DNA of 64,000 bases, taken from positions 114,002 through 178,001 of the forward strand of contig JBMORT010000002.1 of assembly GCA_049319825.1 (NCBI GenBank), in the 5' to 3' direction. Of this stretch, positions 29,117-39,611 are shown one piece after another. Under the pieces are notes generated by a model. It did no database searches, was not told the DNA's origin, and saw only the letters and a list, made by a program, of their open reading frames with translations. The position numbers and the translations under genes are program-made. The first letter of the stretch is position 1, and every line of letters begins with the position of its first letter. Source of the stretch: Patescibacteria group bacterium. GTDB taxonomy: Bacteria; Patescibacteriota; Patescibacteriia; UBA11705; DATKZF01.

Positions 29117-29725
29117 ATGAAGAGACTCGCGCGAATAATGACACGGGAACAATTTGAGGCATTCGAGGGAAAAGACGAAGGCCGGCATGAACTGGAAGAC
29201 GATTGTTTCGCAATATTGGCTGATGACAATCCTCGGGCGAGAAAAGTCGCTTATGTTAAGGTCATCACCTGCAATCTAGTTATCATTATCGTGAACGTGA
29301 CTCAAAGAAGAATTGTTATTGGCAATTACCTGGACGCGTCTTTGATTGATTTTGGAGAATTGGTTTCGCACTTTTTTGGACATTCGAAACGCACTCGAAA
29401 AGATGACATTCAAGTTTTTTTAATTGGTCATTCGGATGAAGATATTAACGAGGGAGAAGTGCTCGACGAACATTGGAGAAATATGGCGCAAGTCTTGCGG
29501 CAGCTCGCTTCGCAGCGAATTTATTTCTCAGAAATCAGATGGCTCAGGCCGGATGAAGGAGAGCATTTGAGCGTTTATGTTGACGTCACAAAAGGAATCA
29601 GTATCTTCCAATCCGAATTTGAGCCGATGAGGCAATGGGCGTTTTGGGAAGAATTTTGCGGACCGGTAACACAGGACGAAATGAGAGCGGCCGGGGTGTC
29701 GAACACTCAGGTGGAGCCTGATTAA
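29117..29725 (+). CDS. hypothetical protein (202 aa)
   Basis: GGAGG SD. TTGACA-17-TAAAGT promoter at 29052-29080. No recognisable family. Confidence 0.5.
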   Translation: MKRLARIMTREQFEAFEGKDEGRHELEDDCFAILADDNPRARKVAYVKVITCNLVIIIVNVTQRRIVIGNYLDASLIDFGELVSHFFGHSKRTRKDDIQVFLIGHSDEDINEGEVLDEHWRNMAQVLRQLASQRIYFSEIRWLRPDEGEHLSVYVDVTKGISIFQSEFEPMRQWAFWEEFCGPVTQDEMRAAGVSNTQVEPD

Positions 29726-30048
29726 TCTCGTAAGCAAGTTGCGGGATTTTTTAATTAGATCAAAGAGCCCTGCCTGCCGGCAGGCAGGAAAATGCAAAGC
29801 AGAGAATGAAGATGAAAGATTTTGAGAAATGGGGATCAAGCGAAAAATCGCCAGCCTCGCGGTTTCTGTCGGGGCAGCGGGAGCCGCCCCTCAACATTGG
29901 CGGCTCGGCCGGCGATTTTTCGCTTTTTCCGATGTCGGAACTAGAGTTCCGACAAGACAGTTTTATTTCGCCTCTCGCCTGTCAGCCGACCTGTCGGCCG
30001 AAGCTTCAAGCGTAGGCGGAAGCTTTAGCGAAGGCTGGCATCTCGGAA

Positions 30049-30080
30049 AAAAAACCGCCCTTTCGGGCGGAATTTTTATT
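30049..30080. terminator. bidirectional terminator downstream of rny
   Basis: A8-CCGCCC-TTTC-GGGCGG-AATTTTT. Confidence 0.65.
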
Positions 30081-30116
30081 GAAATTATTATGTGCTACGT
30101 GCTATGTGCTCCATAC

Positions 30117-31634
30117 TTATCTCGCGTACTCAATCACTCTGTTTTCCCTAATCACTGTCACTTTAATTTCACCAGGATATTTCAAATTCTCTTCAATATC
30201 CTTAGCGATCTTTTCAGCGATTTTATGAGAGTCCAGATCATTGACTTCGTCCGGCTGGACAAACACTCTGACTTCTCGGCCGGCCTGGATGGCATACGCT
30301 TTGTCCACGCCATCGATTTGAGTGGCGATATTTTCCAGCTCTTCGAGCCTTTGCAGATAATTTTCATAAGTGTCTTTTCTGGCTCCCGGCCTGGCGCCGC
30401 TGATGGCATCGGCCGCTTTGACGATAACCGATTCCAGAGTTGAAGGTTTATCTTCATGATGGGTCAAAATAGGCTGAATAATTTCATCCGATAAATTGAA
30501 TTTTTTGGCAATGTCTCTGCCGATCTCGGGATGAGTTCCCTGAATCTCATGGTCTACCGCTTTGCCGATATCATGAAGGAACCCGGCTTTCTTGGCGACT
30601 GTCACGTCTGCGCCCAATTGTTCCGCCAGCAATGCTGACAAATGAGCGACTTCGATCGAGTGCTGAAGCACGTTCTGGCCATAGCTGGTTCGATACTTTA
30701 ATCGTCCGATTATTTGAACCAGTTTGGGATCAAGGCCGGCAATGCCGACTTCGTAGCAGGCGTCTTCGCCGGCTTTTTTGATCTCCAGCGCCAATTCTCT
30801 TTTGGCTTCATCGATAGTGCTTTCGATTTTAGCCGGATGGATGCGGCCGTCAAGAATCAATTTGGCTAAAGTTCGCTTGGCCACCTCGCGCCGGATCGGG
30901 CTGAAAGATGATAAAGTAATGACTTCCGGCGTGTCATCAACAACGACTTCCACGCCGGTAAGCTGTTCGAATGTCCTGATGTTTCTGCCTTCTCGGCCGA
31001 TGATTCTGCCCTTCATTTCTTCCGAAGGCAGATCAACGGTGGTGGTGGTGATTTCCACTGCATGGCTGGCCGCGCAGCGCTGAACTACGTTCGCCAGCAT
31101 TTTTTTCGCTTGTTTATCCAGTTCGAGCGAAGATTCCTGGTCAAGTTTTTTTATTCTGCTGGACAAAGTCTCCGCCATGTCTCTTTCCACATTATCCAAT
31201 AGAACTTTTTGAGCTTCTTCTTTATTCAATCCGGCGATTTTTTCCAATTTGGAAATTTGTTCCGCCTGAATCTGTTTGATTCTTTCCTTGGCGGTTTCCA
31301 CCTCTTTGGCCTTATCTTGCAGTTTGGTGGTTTTCGCCTCTAAATCCAGTAATTTTTTATCGAACAAATTTTCTCTCTTTTCCAATCGTTCCTGCAGAGA
31401 TTTCAATTCGCGCCGCCGGTTTGATTCTTCTTTTTTCGCCTCATCGATAATTTGAATGGCTTTTTCTTTGGCTTGATAAAGAGTTTCCTGATATTTAGTC
31501 TTGGCTTCCTTTTGAAGCGATTCCATTTTGGCTTCGACTCCCTTGGCTTGGGCTTTAGCCACTGTTTTTCTAATAAAATAACCGCTTAGTGATCCTACCA
31601 GCAAAGCGGCTATGCCAAAAATTGCATAATACAT
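30117..31634 (-). CDS. rny: ribonuclease Y
   Basis: N-terminal TM helix, coiled coil, KH domain, HD domain (FLHDIGKAVDHE). Confidence 0.9.
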   Translation of the reverse strand: MYYAIFGIAALLVGSLSGYFIRKTVAKAQAKGVEAKMESLQKEAKTKYQETLYQAKEKAIQIIDEAKKEESNRRRELKSLQERLEKRENLFDKKLLDLEAKTTKLQDKAKEVETAKERIKQIQAEQISKLEKIAGLNKEEAQKVLLDNVERDMAETLSSRIKKLDQESSLELDKQAKKMLANVVQRCAASHAVEITTTTVDLPSEEMKGRIIGREGRNIRTFEQLTGVEVVVDDTPEVITLSSFSPIRREVAKRTLAKLILDGRIHPAKIESTIDEAKRELALEIKKAGEDACYEVGIAGLDPKLVQIIGRLKYRTSYGQNVLQHSIEVAHLSALLAEQLGADVTVAKKAGFLHDIGKAVDHEIQGTHPEIGRDIAKKFNLSDEIIQPILTHHEDKPSTLESVIVKAADAISGARPGARKDTYENYLQRLEELENIATQIDGVDKAYAIQAGREVRVFVQPDEVNDLDSHKIAEKIAKDIEENLKYPGEIKVTVIRENRVIEYAR

Positions 31635-31971
31635 ATATACTCTCTTCCTAAAAAGAGATGTCAGATTGGGCTTTTATTTAAAAACAATTACCGACCTGTC
31701 TGCTCGAAGGGCCAAATATTCAATAGTTCTTTTGTCGCTTGAGGTTTCATGAAATTATGGTTGGTAAATGTAATTTTAGATAAATTTTTTCCAATCTGAG
31801 CAAGTTTTTAGGAAGTTTCATCAATTATTATTACTTTACTGGTAAGGGTATGGTAGCATAGGAGGTTTTGTTTGTAAAGAGCGTGGTTATATTGGTGAAA
31901 TGCGAAATGACAATGAGGGACAACCGTCGAAATAAAAAAACCCGCCTGGCGGCGGGCATTTTAATATTTCA

Positions 31972-33114
31972 TTATTCTTTATTATCTTCGACTGTTTCTT
32001 TGGCTGGCTTCTCTTTTTTTTCGGTTTTGGTTTTCCCTTTCAGGCTCAATCCCAATCGATGTTCTTTCGGTTCTATCGAGATGATCGTGAATTCCAGCTC
32101 ATCGCCGGGATTGGCAATGTCCTTGGGCTCGACCGGTTTATCAGAAAGCTCACTGACATGGGCCAGGCCGTGGATGTTTTTATCCAGCTCGACGAATAGT
32201 CCGAACGGATTGACTTTTCTGACCGTGCCTTTGACTTTGTCTCCGACTTTGAATTTTTTTTCAATGTCTTTCCATGGGTCTTCCTGAAGCTTTTTAATCG
32301 ATAAAAATATTTTTGAGCGGTCGATATTGATTATTTCAGCTTTTATTTCCTGTCCGACTTTGAACAGCTCTTTCGGGTCATCGATTCGCTGCCAGGCCAG
32401 TTCGGAAATATGAACCAGTCCTTCCAGATTTTCTCCGAATTCAACGAATGCTCCGAAATCAGTCACCGCGGTGATTTTACCCTCAACCACGTCACCAACT
32501 TTATATTTTTCCAGCACTTCCTTTTGCGTTTCCTCCCAAGCCGCTTTTTCCGAAACGATCAGCTTTTCTTGCTTGTCGTCCACGGTAATCGCTTTGACAT
32601 CAAAGCTTTGCCCAACGTAGGTTTTCAGCTTTTCCAGAATTTTTGTTTTATCACCGCCTTGAATTCTCGGGTAATGTTCCGGCGTCAATTGCGAGACCGG
32701 TAAAAATCCCGGAATGCGGTTGACTGTCACCAGCAAACCGCCTTTATTGGCGTCGATCACTTTCGCCGAAACAATGGTGCTTTCTTTTTGGTAGGTTTTT
32801 AGGGTGTCCCAGGCTTTCTGATGGCCGGCGTATCGGAAAGACAGTTCCATTTGGCCCTTTTCATTTTCCAGCTCGAGCAAAGTCGCTTCGACAGTGTCGC
32901 CCGGCTTGATTTCCGAAATCTCAAAAAAACCGCCGATAATCTCCCTTCCCCGAACAACGCCCGTGCTCAGACCCGGAACATCAATCAACACTTCTTTTTT
33001 TGAAGCGCTGATAACCGTGCCTTTCACGATATCGCCGGGAGCCGGAATTTTAGCGTAATTTGATTCCTCCTCGATTAATGTTTGAAAATCAGTTTGTTTT
33101 GTCAATGCTGACAT
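31972..33114 (-). CDS. rpsA: 30S ribosomal protein S1 (four S1 domains)
   Basis: Repeated S1 motif blocks. Hairpin terminator CCCGCCGCCAGGCGGG plus T-run at about 31935-31965 (minus). Confidence 0.85.
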   Translation of the reverse strand: MSALTKQTDFQTLIEEESNYAKIPAPGDIVKGTVISASKKEVLIDVPGLSTGVVRGREIIGGFFEISEIKPGDTVEATLLELENEKGQMELSFRYAGHQKAWDTLKTYQKESTIVSAKVIDANKGGLLVTVNRIPGFLPVSQLTPEHYPRIQGGDKTKILEKLKTYVGQSFDVKAITVDDKQEKLIVSEKAAWEETQKEVLEKYKVGDVVEGKITAVTDFGAFVEFGENLEGLVHISELAWQRIDDPKELFKVGQEIKAEIINIDRSKIFLSIKKLQEDPWKDIEKKFKVGDKVKGTVRKVNPFGLFVELDKNIHGLAHVSELSDKPVEPKDIANPGDELEFTIISIEPKEHRLGLSLKGKTKTEKKEKPAKETVEDNKE

Positions 33115-33339
33115 GTGATTTTCTCCTTTCTTTGTAAAGATAGAGATATTCTAGCAAATTTTTAGATAATGTCAAATGCTGGAAATTGGATTGTCGCCAC
33201 TATGCCCGGCGGGCGATAATCCCGTCCGGTTGAACCGTGATGAATGTGTAAAAAAAACATTTACAGCCGTTAAAATTTATGCTAAATTATAGGCAGTCAT
33301 TATGGCGAAAATATTGTTTATTTTTAATATAAAACGTTT

Positions 33340-33996
33340 ATGAATATCTCTTGGCTCGGCCATTCCTGCTTTAAGATAGAAACAAAATATCAAAATCAGA
33401 ATTTGGTGATTATCACCGATCCCTATCATAAGGAAATCGGTCTGCGCGTGCCTAAAATGGCCGCGGACATAGTTACCATTAGCCATGAGCATGATGATCA
33501 CAATAACCGCGAAGCGGTCGAGGGCAATTTGGAAAAAACACCATTTTTAATCGATCAGCCCGGGGAATATGAAATCAAGGGCGTATTCGTCCACGGGCTC
33601 AGCTCCAGCCATGACAATCAAGACGGAGCGCAGCGGGGCGGCAATATTATTTATCGGTTCGATATAGAAGGATTGAGCCTCGTTCATTTGGGCGATCTGG
33701 GCCACCAGCTCAGCGATCAGCAGCTGGATCAGCTGGGCAATGTCGACGTTTTATTTGTTCCTGTCGGCGGCACTTACACGCTCGACGCCAACGGCGCGTC
33801 CAAGCTGGTTCGTGAAATAGAACCGCGGTTGGTGATACCCATGCATTATCGAGACGATAAAGTAAAATTGAAATTGGATAGCGTCAACGCCTTCAGGAAA
33901 GAAATGGGCGGTCAGGCGACAACAGAAAAGAAAATAAAGATTGCCGCCAAAAATTTGCCCGCCGAAGAAACAAAAATAATCATTTTAGAGAAATAA
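33340..33996 (+). CDS. MBL-fold metallo-hydrolase
   Basis: HxHxDH motif (SHEHDDHN) and further His/Asp ligands. 218 aa. Confidence 0.75.
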   Translation: MNISWLGHSCFKIETKYQNQNLVIITDPYHKEIGLRVPKMAADIVTISHEHDDHNNREAVEGNLEKTPFLIDQPGEYEIKGVFVHGLSSSHDNQDGAQRGGNIIYRFDIEGLSLVHLGDLGHQLSDQQLDQLGNVDVLFVPVGGTYTLDANGASKLVREIEPRLVIPMHYRDDKVKLKLDSVNAFRKEMGGQATTEKKIKIAAKNLPAEETKIIILEK

Positions 33997-33997
33997 T

Positions 33998-34555
33998 ATG
34001 AATAGGGGGGAAAAAAACATCCCGATTCACATCCATCGGCAAGCGGGCCAAGCGGCCGGTCGGACTGATTTTTCGGAATATATCGAGAAGGAGGAAACAT
34101 TAAAAAATTCCAGCGTGGCCGATCCTTTGGCGGCGACGAGCCAAATCCAGCCGGACGAGCCGGTGCGGAATTTGAATGCCATTCAGGGATTAATCGATCA
34201 TCAAGAAGATTTTTCCGCCGGACCGGTGGCCAAAGCCGATAAACGAAACGCCCTGCTTTGGCTGTTCGTTTCTATTTTTACCCTGGCCACGGCGCTGATT
34301 TGGTTGGGAGTATGGCGCGCTAATTTTTCCAATGTTTCCGATCAGCTCAAACAACAGGATGATCAAGGAGGTTTCAGCAATATCGCCGAACAATTCCAAG
34401 ACAGTTTCCGGTTTTTGCGAGATAACGTGGATAATTTGAATATACTTAAACAAGAAATTGAAAACGAACAAAAAAAGAATGAGGCGGTTCAGGAATTGAA
34501 AAATAAAATAGAAAGTCAGCCGGAACCCGGCGGCCTACCGAAAAGCATTCCTTAA
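33998..34555 (+). CDS. hypothetical single-TM protein
   Basis: 185 aa; one hydrophobic segment (LLWLFVSIFTLATALIWLGVW). No recognisable family. Confidence 0.4.
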   Translation: MNRGEKNIPIHIHRQAGQAAGRTDFSEYIEKEETLKNSSVADPLAATSQIQPDEPVRNLNAIQGLIDHQEDFSAGPVAKADKRNALLWLFVSIFTLATALIWLGVWRANFSNVSDQLKQQDDQGGFSNIAEQFQDSFRFLRDNVDNLNILKQEIENEQKKNEAVQELKNKIESQPEPGGLPKSIP

Positions 34556-34600
34556 TATAAAGTTTTTAATTTGCGGTTTCTAGTTTCCAATCTCCAACAT

Positions 34601-37141
34601 ATGTCAAAAAAGAAAACACCAAGAGATAAAATATCATCCGGAAAAAAAATCCAATTGCCGATCGCCTTGCCGGCGGAGCGGATAGTCAATCAACCGCTTG
34701 AGGATGAGATGAAAAAATCGTACCTCGATTACGCGATGTCAGTTATCGTTTCCCGAGCGTTGCCGGATGTCCGTGATGGTTTAAAACCGGTTCATCGTCG
34801 AATACTGTACGCCATGTGGAGCATCGGTTTAAAGCCGGGCGCCAAATTCCGAAAATCCGCGACTGTCGTCGGCGAGGTGCTGGGTAAGTACCATCCTCAT
34901 GGCGACGCGGCCGTTTATGAATCAATGGTGCGGCTGGCTCAGGATTTCTCCATGAGATACACGTTGGTCAAAGGGCAGGGTAATTTCGGGTCCATGGATG
35001 GTGACCGCGCGGCGGCCATGCGTTATACAGAAGCCAAACTGGATACGATTGCCGAAGAGCTGCTTCTGGACATCGATAAAGATACCGTTGATTTCGTGCC
35101 GAATTACGACGGCAGTCAAAAAGAGCCGCTGGTGCTGCCGGCCAAGCTGCCCAACCTGCTTTTAAACGGTATGATGGGCATCGCTGTCGGCATGGCCACG
35201 ACCATCCCGCCGCACAACATTAAAGAACTTTGCGACGGCATCATTTATTTAATCGATAATCCCGACGCGTATATCGAAGACCTGGTGAAATTGATCCCCG
35301 GCCCGGATTTTCCCACCGGCGGCATCATTTACGACATCAATGAAATCAAGCAAGCTTACGCCACGGGCAAAGGCAAAATCGTGATGCGCGCCAAAACGGA
35401 AATCGTGGAGCAAAAGTCGGGAATGTTCCAGATCCTAGTGACTGAAATTCCGTATCAGGTTAATAAAGCGACCTTAATTGAAAAAATAGCGGATTTGGTC
35501 AAAGATAAAAAAATCGAAGGCATCAGGGATTTGCGAGACGAATCGTCAAAGGAAGGCGTGCGTATCGTTGTTGATTTGAAGAAAGACACATACCCGAAAA
35601 AGATTTTAAATAAGTTATTCAAACTGACACCGCTTCAATCGTCATTTAATGTTAACATGCTGGCGTTAGTCGACGGCATTCAGCCGAAAGTGTTAACATT
35701 GAAAGATATTTTGCATGAATTCATCAATCACCGGCAGGTGGTGGTGCGGCGCCGAACCGAATATGATTTACGGAAAGCCGAGGAGCGGGCGCACATTCTC
35801 GAGGGGTTGAAGATCGCCATAGACAATATCGACGCGGTGATTAAGCTGATTAAAAAGTCAAAAGACCGCGAAGAGGCAAAAAATGGTTTGATGAAAAAAT
35901 TTAAGCTAAGCGAGATTCAGGCGATCGCCATATTGGAAATGAGATTGCAAAATTTGGCGAATTTGGAAAGATTAAAGATCGAAGATGAGTTAAAAGATAA
36001 GAAAAAATTGATAAAGGAGCTTAAAGAGATTTTGGCTTCGAAAAAGAGAATATTGGGCATTATTAAAGATGAAACGATCGGCATCAGGGATAAATACGGC
36101 GACGAGCGCCGGACATTAATCGTGCCCGGACCGGTCGGCGAGTTCGTGGCCGAGGATCTGGTGCCGAATGATCCGACAATAGTTTTGGTCACCAAGGACG
36201 GGTACGTTAAGCGGGTGCCGCCGGAAACATTCAAGGCTCAAAAGCGCGGCGGCAAAGGCGTCATCGGCTTAACGACCAAAGAAGAAGACGTGGTTGAGCA
36301 CTTTTTCGCCTGCATGACCCACAATAATTTATTATTTTTCACCACCAGAGGCAGGGTATTCCAGTTGAAAGCGTATGACGTGCCTGTCGGTACCAGAACC
36401 GCCAAGGGCCAATCGATCGTCAATTTCCTGCAGCTGGCGCCTGAAGAAAAGATTTCATCGATCCTGCCGCTGGAAAAGGACATGGAGCCGAACTTTTTCA
36501 TGATGGTGACTAAAAATGGCGTGATGAAGAAAACAGCGGTCGAAGACTTTGCCAATGTTCGCCGATCAGGTCTGATCGCCATAAAATTAAAGGAAGAGGA
36601 CAAGTTAAAATGGGTCAAACCGACTTCCGGCAAAGATCAGATCGAGATCGTCAGCGCCAAGGGGCAGTCGATTCGCTTTGATGAAAAAAACGTGCGGCCC
36701 ATGGGTCGATCCGCAGCCGGAGTTCGAGGCATTAAGCTAAAAGGCGAGGATAAAGTGGTCGGCATGGATGTCATCAATCCGAAAGAAGCGGCCAAAGACG
36801 AGTTGATGATCGTCACCGAGCTTGGTTACGGGAAAAAGACTTCATTGAAATACTACAAAATACAAAATCGCGGTGGATCCGGCATCCGCACAGCCAAGGT
36901 TACCAGAAAAAACGGCCCGGTAATGTACAGCAGGATCATCAGTCCGGATCAAATTGAAGACGGCCGCGACATCATCATTATTTCCAAAAAAGGTCAGGTA
37001 ATCCGGATTCCATTCAAATCCATTCCGACGCTTGGCCGCGACACGCAGGGCGTGCGCATCATGAGGTTTAAGGAGTCGGGCGATACCGTGGCCAGTGTAA
37101 CTTTTGTGGAAATGCCGAGCGAGGAAGAGAAGCAGAAATAA
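34601..37141 (+). CDS. gyrA: DNA gyrase subunit A
   Basis: Active-site region AAMRYTE. GyrA box QRRGGKG-like (QKRGGKGV). Six C-terminal beta-pinwheel repeats. The ORF-track start at 34571 is TTG; the first ATG is at 34601. Confidence 0.95.
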   Translation: MSKKKTPRDKISSGKKIQLPIALPAERIVNQPLEDEMKKSYLDYAMSVIVSRALPDVRDGLKPVHRRILYAMWSIGLKPGAKFRKSATVVGEVLGKYHPHGDAAVYESMVRLAQDFSMRYTLVKGQGNFGSMDGDRAAAMRYTEAKLDTIAEELLLDIDKDTVDFVPNYDGSQKEPLVLPAKLPNLLLNGMMGIAVGMATTIPPHNIKELCDGIIYLIDNPDAYIEDLVKLIPGPDFPTGGIIYDINEIKQAYATGKGKIVMRAKTEIVEQKSGMFQILVTEIPYQVNKATLIEKIADLVKDKKIEGIRDLRDESSKEGVRIVVDLKKDTYPKKILNKLFKLTPLQSSFNVNMLALVDGIQPKVLTLKDILHEFINHRQVVVRRRTEYDLRKAEERAHILEGLKIAIDNIDAVIKLIKKSKDREEAKNGLMKKFKLSEIQAIAILEMRLQNLANLERLKIEDELKDKKKLIKELKEILASKKRILGIIKDETIGIRDKYGDERRTLIVPGPVGEFVAEDLVPNDPTIVLVTKDGYVKRVPPETFKAQKRGGKGVIGLTTKEEDVVEHFFACMTHNNLLFFTTRGRVFQLKAYDVPVGTRTAKGQSIVNFLQLAPEEKISSILPLEKDMEPNFFMMVTKNGVMKKTAVEDFANVRRSGLIAIKLKEEDKLKWVKPTSGKDQIEIVSAKGQSIRFDEKNVRPMGRSAAGVRGIKLKGEDKVVGMDVINPKEAAKDELMIVTELGYGKKTSLKYYKIQNRGGSGIRTAKVTRKNGPVMYSRIISPDQIEDGRDIIIISKKGQVIRIPFKSIPTLGRDTQGVRIMRFKESGDTVASVTFVEMPSEEEKQK

Positions 37142-37201
37142 GCAATTTAATAAAAAGCAGCGCATTGAAAGCGCTGCTTTTAGTATTGATAAAAGCGCTA
37201 T

Positions 37202-37230
37202 TTGACAGTTTTTTAGCATTGTGTTATAGT
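37202..37230 (+). promoter_or_regulatory. sigma70-type promoter for the 37278 gene
   Basis: TTGACA-17 nt-TATAGT; RBS AGAGAGGAAA before the ATG at 37278. Confidence 0.55.
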
Positions 37231-37277
37231 TAACTGTCGTTGTTCCTTGCCAATCACCCCCAAAAAGAGAGGAAATC

Positions 37278-37868
37278 ATGAAGAAATCTGCTGTTTTCGC
37301 GCTTCTGTTTGCTTTCTCAAATTGCGGAGTTTCCGGCACGAAGCGTCCGACATGCGAATTTGATTCACAGAATTGCGATTGCGGCGAGTATGCTGACGTC
37401 TACCAACTTGCGCCTGATGTTCAGACAGTAAGTTGCGGCGAGGGAACTCATTTGGAAAACGATGAATGCGTTCCTGATCCGGTCGAAGGGCTTGACCAGG
37501 ATGGCGACGGGTATCTCTACCCGGAAGACTGCGACGACAAGCGCGTCGATGTCTATCCCGGCGCGCCAGAACTTTGCGATGCTCGGGACAATGACTGCGA
37601 CGGCGAGATGGATGGCGAGGGCGTGTGCTCCTACGAGTGCGCCAGCGACTTTACATTGGATATTGACTATGGTTCAGAAACCGAAGTCAGTATTAGTGCC
37701 GAGTATACGCTAGACTATGGTGATTCTGCCGTTACGAGCGGTTGCCGGAGTGATGCCGGAGATGCTTATCTATCCTATGTCCCAATTTTTGTGGAAGCTG
37801 GAGAGGATTTCTATAAAATTAGTTTTAAGTTGACTTTTTCTGTTTTATATGCTATGATGCTCAGTTGA
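37278..37868 (+). CDS. secreted Cys-rich protein with MopE-type putative metal-binding motif
   Basis: Signal peptide. DQDGDGYLYPEDCDDKRVDVYPGAPELCDARDNDCDGEMDG matches the DCDD…PGA.E.C…DNDCDG motif. Coding sequence visibly GC-richer than the genome background. Confidence 0.6.
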   Translation: MKKSAVFALLFAFSNCGVSGTKRPTCEFDSQNCDCGEYADVYQLAPDVQTVSCGEGTHLENDECVPDPVEGLDQDGDGYLYPEDCDDKRVDVYPGAPELCDARDNDCDGEMDGEGVCSYECASDFTLDIDYGSETEVSISAEYTLDYGDSAVTSGCRSDAGDAYLSYVPIFVEAGEDFYKISFKLTFSVLYAMMLS

Positions 37869-37930
37869 TCTTTTTTCCATGGCAGTGAACGAGTCGCTGC
37901 TTCATCAAACCGGCTAAGGAGGTTGTAAAC

Positions 37931-38533
37931 ATGGATACCAAGCAGGCGATCAATTATCTGGCACAATCATTGGTTTGCGGGCCCCAGCAAGCGCTGGAGG
38001 CGCAAGAAAGGAAGGGCCAAGAAGATCTGGTAGCCAGCCAAAGGCTGCCAGCCCGAGTGGAGCCGCCGGAAGCAAAGGAGTTTTTGGAAAAAGCGGGAGT
38101 GAAGTTTCTGGGACCGGCGGCCGATCCGCTGTTTCAGCTGGTGAGTCTGCCCGCTGGGTGGACCAAGGTGCCCACCGGTCACCCGTGGCTGAGCATGCTC
38201 ATCGACGACCGAGCGCGGGAGCGGGCGCGGATTTTCTACAAGGACGCGTACTACGACCGCCAGGCACGCCTGGTGCTGGTGCCGAGATTCGGCGTGCACG
38301 AGTCATGCCACGACATCAGCCAGATGTTATCAGAATCGGAGTTTCTGGCCTACGTCACGGACGGGGGAGCAGTCACGGACTGCGGCAAGACCCTGTACGT
38401 GACAAAGGTCGTCAGCCTCGAGGGAGACAAGCTCCAGCGCTACCGGTCTGCGATGCGGGCGATCGAGGAGGCACGGAGCTGGTTGGAGAAGAATTTCCCG
38501 GACTGGCAGAATTCCTTCGCCTACTGGGACTAA
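37931..38533 (+). CDS. hypothetical protein (200 aa) in GC-rich island
   Basis: AAGGAGG SD. Own TTGACT-17-TATGAT promoter at about 37825-37853, embedded in the upstream ORF's 3' end. GC3-rich codon usage unlike neighbours. No family recognised. Confidence 0.55.
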   Translation: MDTKQAINYLAQSLVCGPQQALEAQERKGQEDLVASQRLPARVEPPEAKEFLEKAGVKFLGPAADPLFQLVSLPAGWTKVPTGHPWLSMLIDDRARERARIFYKDAYYDRQARLVLVPRFGVHESCHDISQMLSESEFLAYVTDGGAVTDCGKTLYVTKVVSLEGDKLQRYRSAMRAIEEARSWLEKNFPDWQNSFAYWD

Positions 38534-38591
38534 TTTTCAATAGACCTGAGCAAAGTCTAAAAACTGCTCTCTTTTTATTTTCAAAAAAAGT

Positions 38592-39554
38592 TTATTTTAT
38601 CATCCATCTGCCCCCAACCTTTTCCAGCTTGCCGTCGATGGTAAATCCGGCCGCTTTTTTGTGGCCGCCGCCGCCAAGGCGCTGAGCCAGCTTGGAAACG
38701 TCAACGTCATTTCTGGTCGTGCGCAAGCTGCCTTTGATTTGTCCGTTGTCGGTTTCGCGCAGCACCAACACGAATTTTGGTTGATAAAGATTGGTTAAAA
38801 AATTTGATAAGCCGCCGATGACTTCTTCGGATAAATTTTTTTCGGCCAAATCCCGGCGGGTGATGACAGTGTACGCGATTTCATTTTCGCTTGAATATTC
38901 AAGCCGAGACAATATTTGCCCCCAAAATTTCAGGGTGTCGATATTTTTATTTTTCCAAAGGCTGGCCATGACCACTTTCAGGTCGGCGCCGCCGGACAGC
39001 AGCTCCGAAGCGATGGATAAACTGGCCGCCTTGGTGGCCCCGTTGGAAAAAAAGGTGGTGTCGGCCATGATGCCGGTTAAAAGCAAATTGAGTATTTTTC
39101 TGTTAAGCTTAACTCTTTGGGCCCGAAACAATTCGTAAATGATTTCGCTGGTCGAAGAAGCGTCCGGCATTACCAAATTCAAATCGCCAAAAATATCATT
39201 GGTGTGGTGATGATCAATATTAATGACGAAACAATTTTTAGACCGTTGAGCGATAAAATCATTTATTCCGGTTTGTTTGGCTTCTCCGCAATCCAGCGTG
39301 ACGATCGTGTCATACCAATCAAATCTTTGGGAATCCAATTCATGAATAATCCGCAGATGATTTTTAAATTCGGAGAGATATTGCGGTATTTCATTTTGAC
39401 AGAAACAGATAACATTTTTATTTTGATCTGTCAGGTAATTGAAAAAAGCGGCGGCAGAACCCAAAGTGTCCGCGTCCGGATTGACGTGGCAAACGATGAG
39501 TATTCTTTGCGCCGCGTTCAGTCTTTCAAATATTTTGTCGGTGGTGAAGTTCAT
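38592..39554 (-). CDS. nrnA: bifunctional oligoribonuclease/pAp phosphatase NrnA (DHH family)
   Basis: DHH motifs (HVNPDADTLGS, DHH) and DHHA1 motif GGGHKKAAGF. Confidence 0.85.
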   Translation of the reverse strand: MNFTTDKIFERLNAAQRILIVCHVNPDADTLGSAAAFFNYLTDQNKNVICFCQNEIPQYLSEFKNHLRIIHELDSQRFDWYDTIVTLDCGEAKQTGINDFIAQRSKNCFVINIDHHHTNDIFGDLNLVMPDASSTSEIIYELFRAQRVKLNRKILNLLLTGIMADTTFFSNGATKAASLSIASELLSGGADLKVVMASLWKNKNIDTLKFWGQILSRLEYSSENEIAYTVITRRDLAEKNLSEEVIGGLSNFLTNLYQPKFVLVLRETDNGQIKGSLRTTRNDVDVSKLAQRLGGGGHKKAAGFTIDGKLEKVGGRWMIK

Positions 39555-39611
39555 GAAATTAGGGAAAATTATATTGAGGCAATGAACCGTCTTATAAACC
39601 TGTCTGCGGCG

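Noticed and set aside
29829-30443. 204-aa plus-strand ORF
   Set aside because: It runs antisense through the 3' end of rny (30117-31634) and through the bidirectional terminator. Its first 270 nt lie in the GC-rich palindromic block. This is probably an ORF artefact of local high GC.
37975-38685. 236-aa Arg/Gly/Pro-rich ORF and other overlapping ORFs in the 37.9-38.6 kb region
   Set aside because: They are alternative frames of the GC-rich gene at 37931-38533. The low-complexity RGAP composition is typical of out-of-frame translation of high-GC DNA. The 37931 frame has an AAGGAGG SD and a sensible protein.
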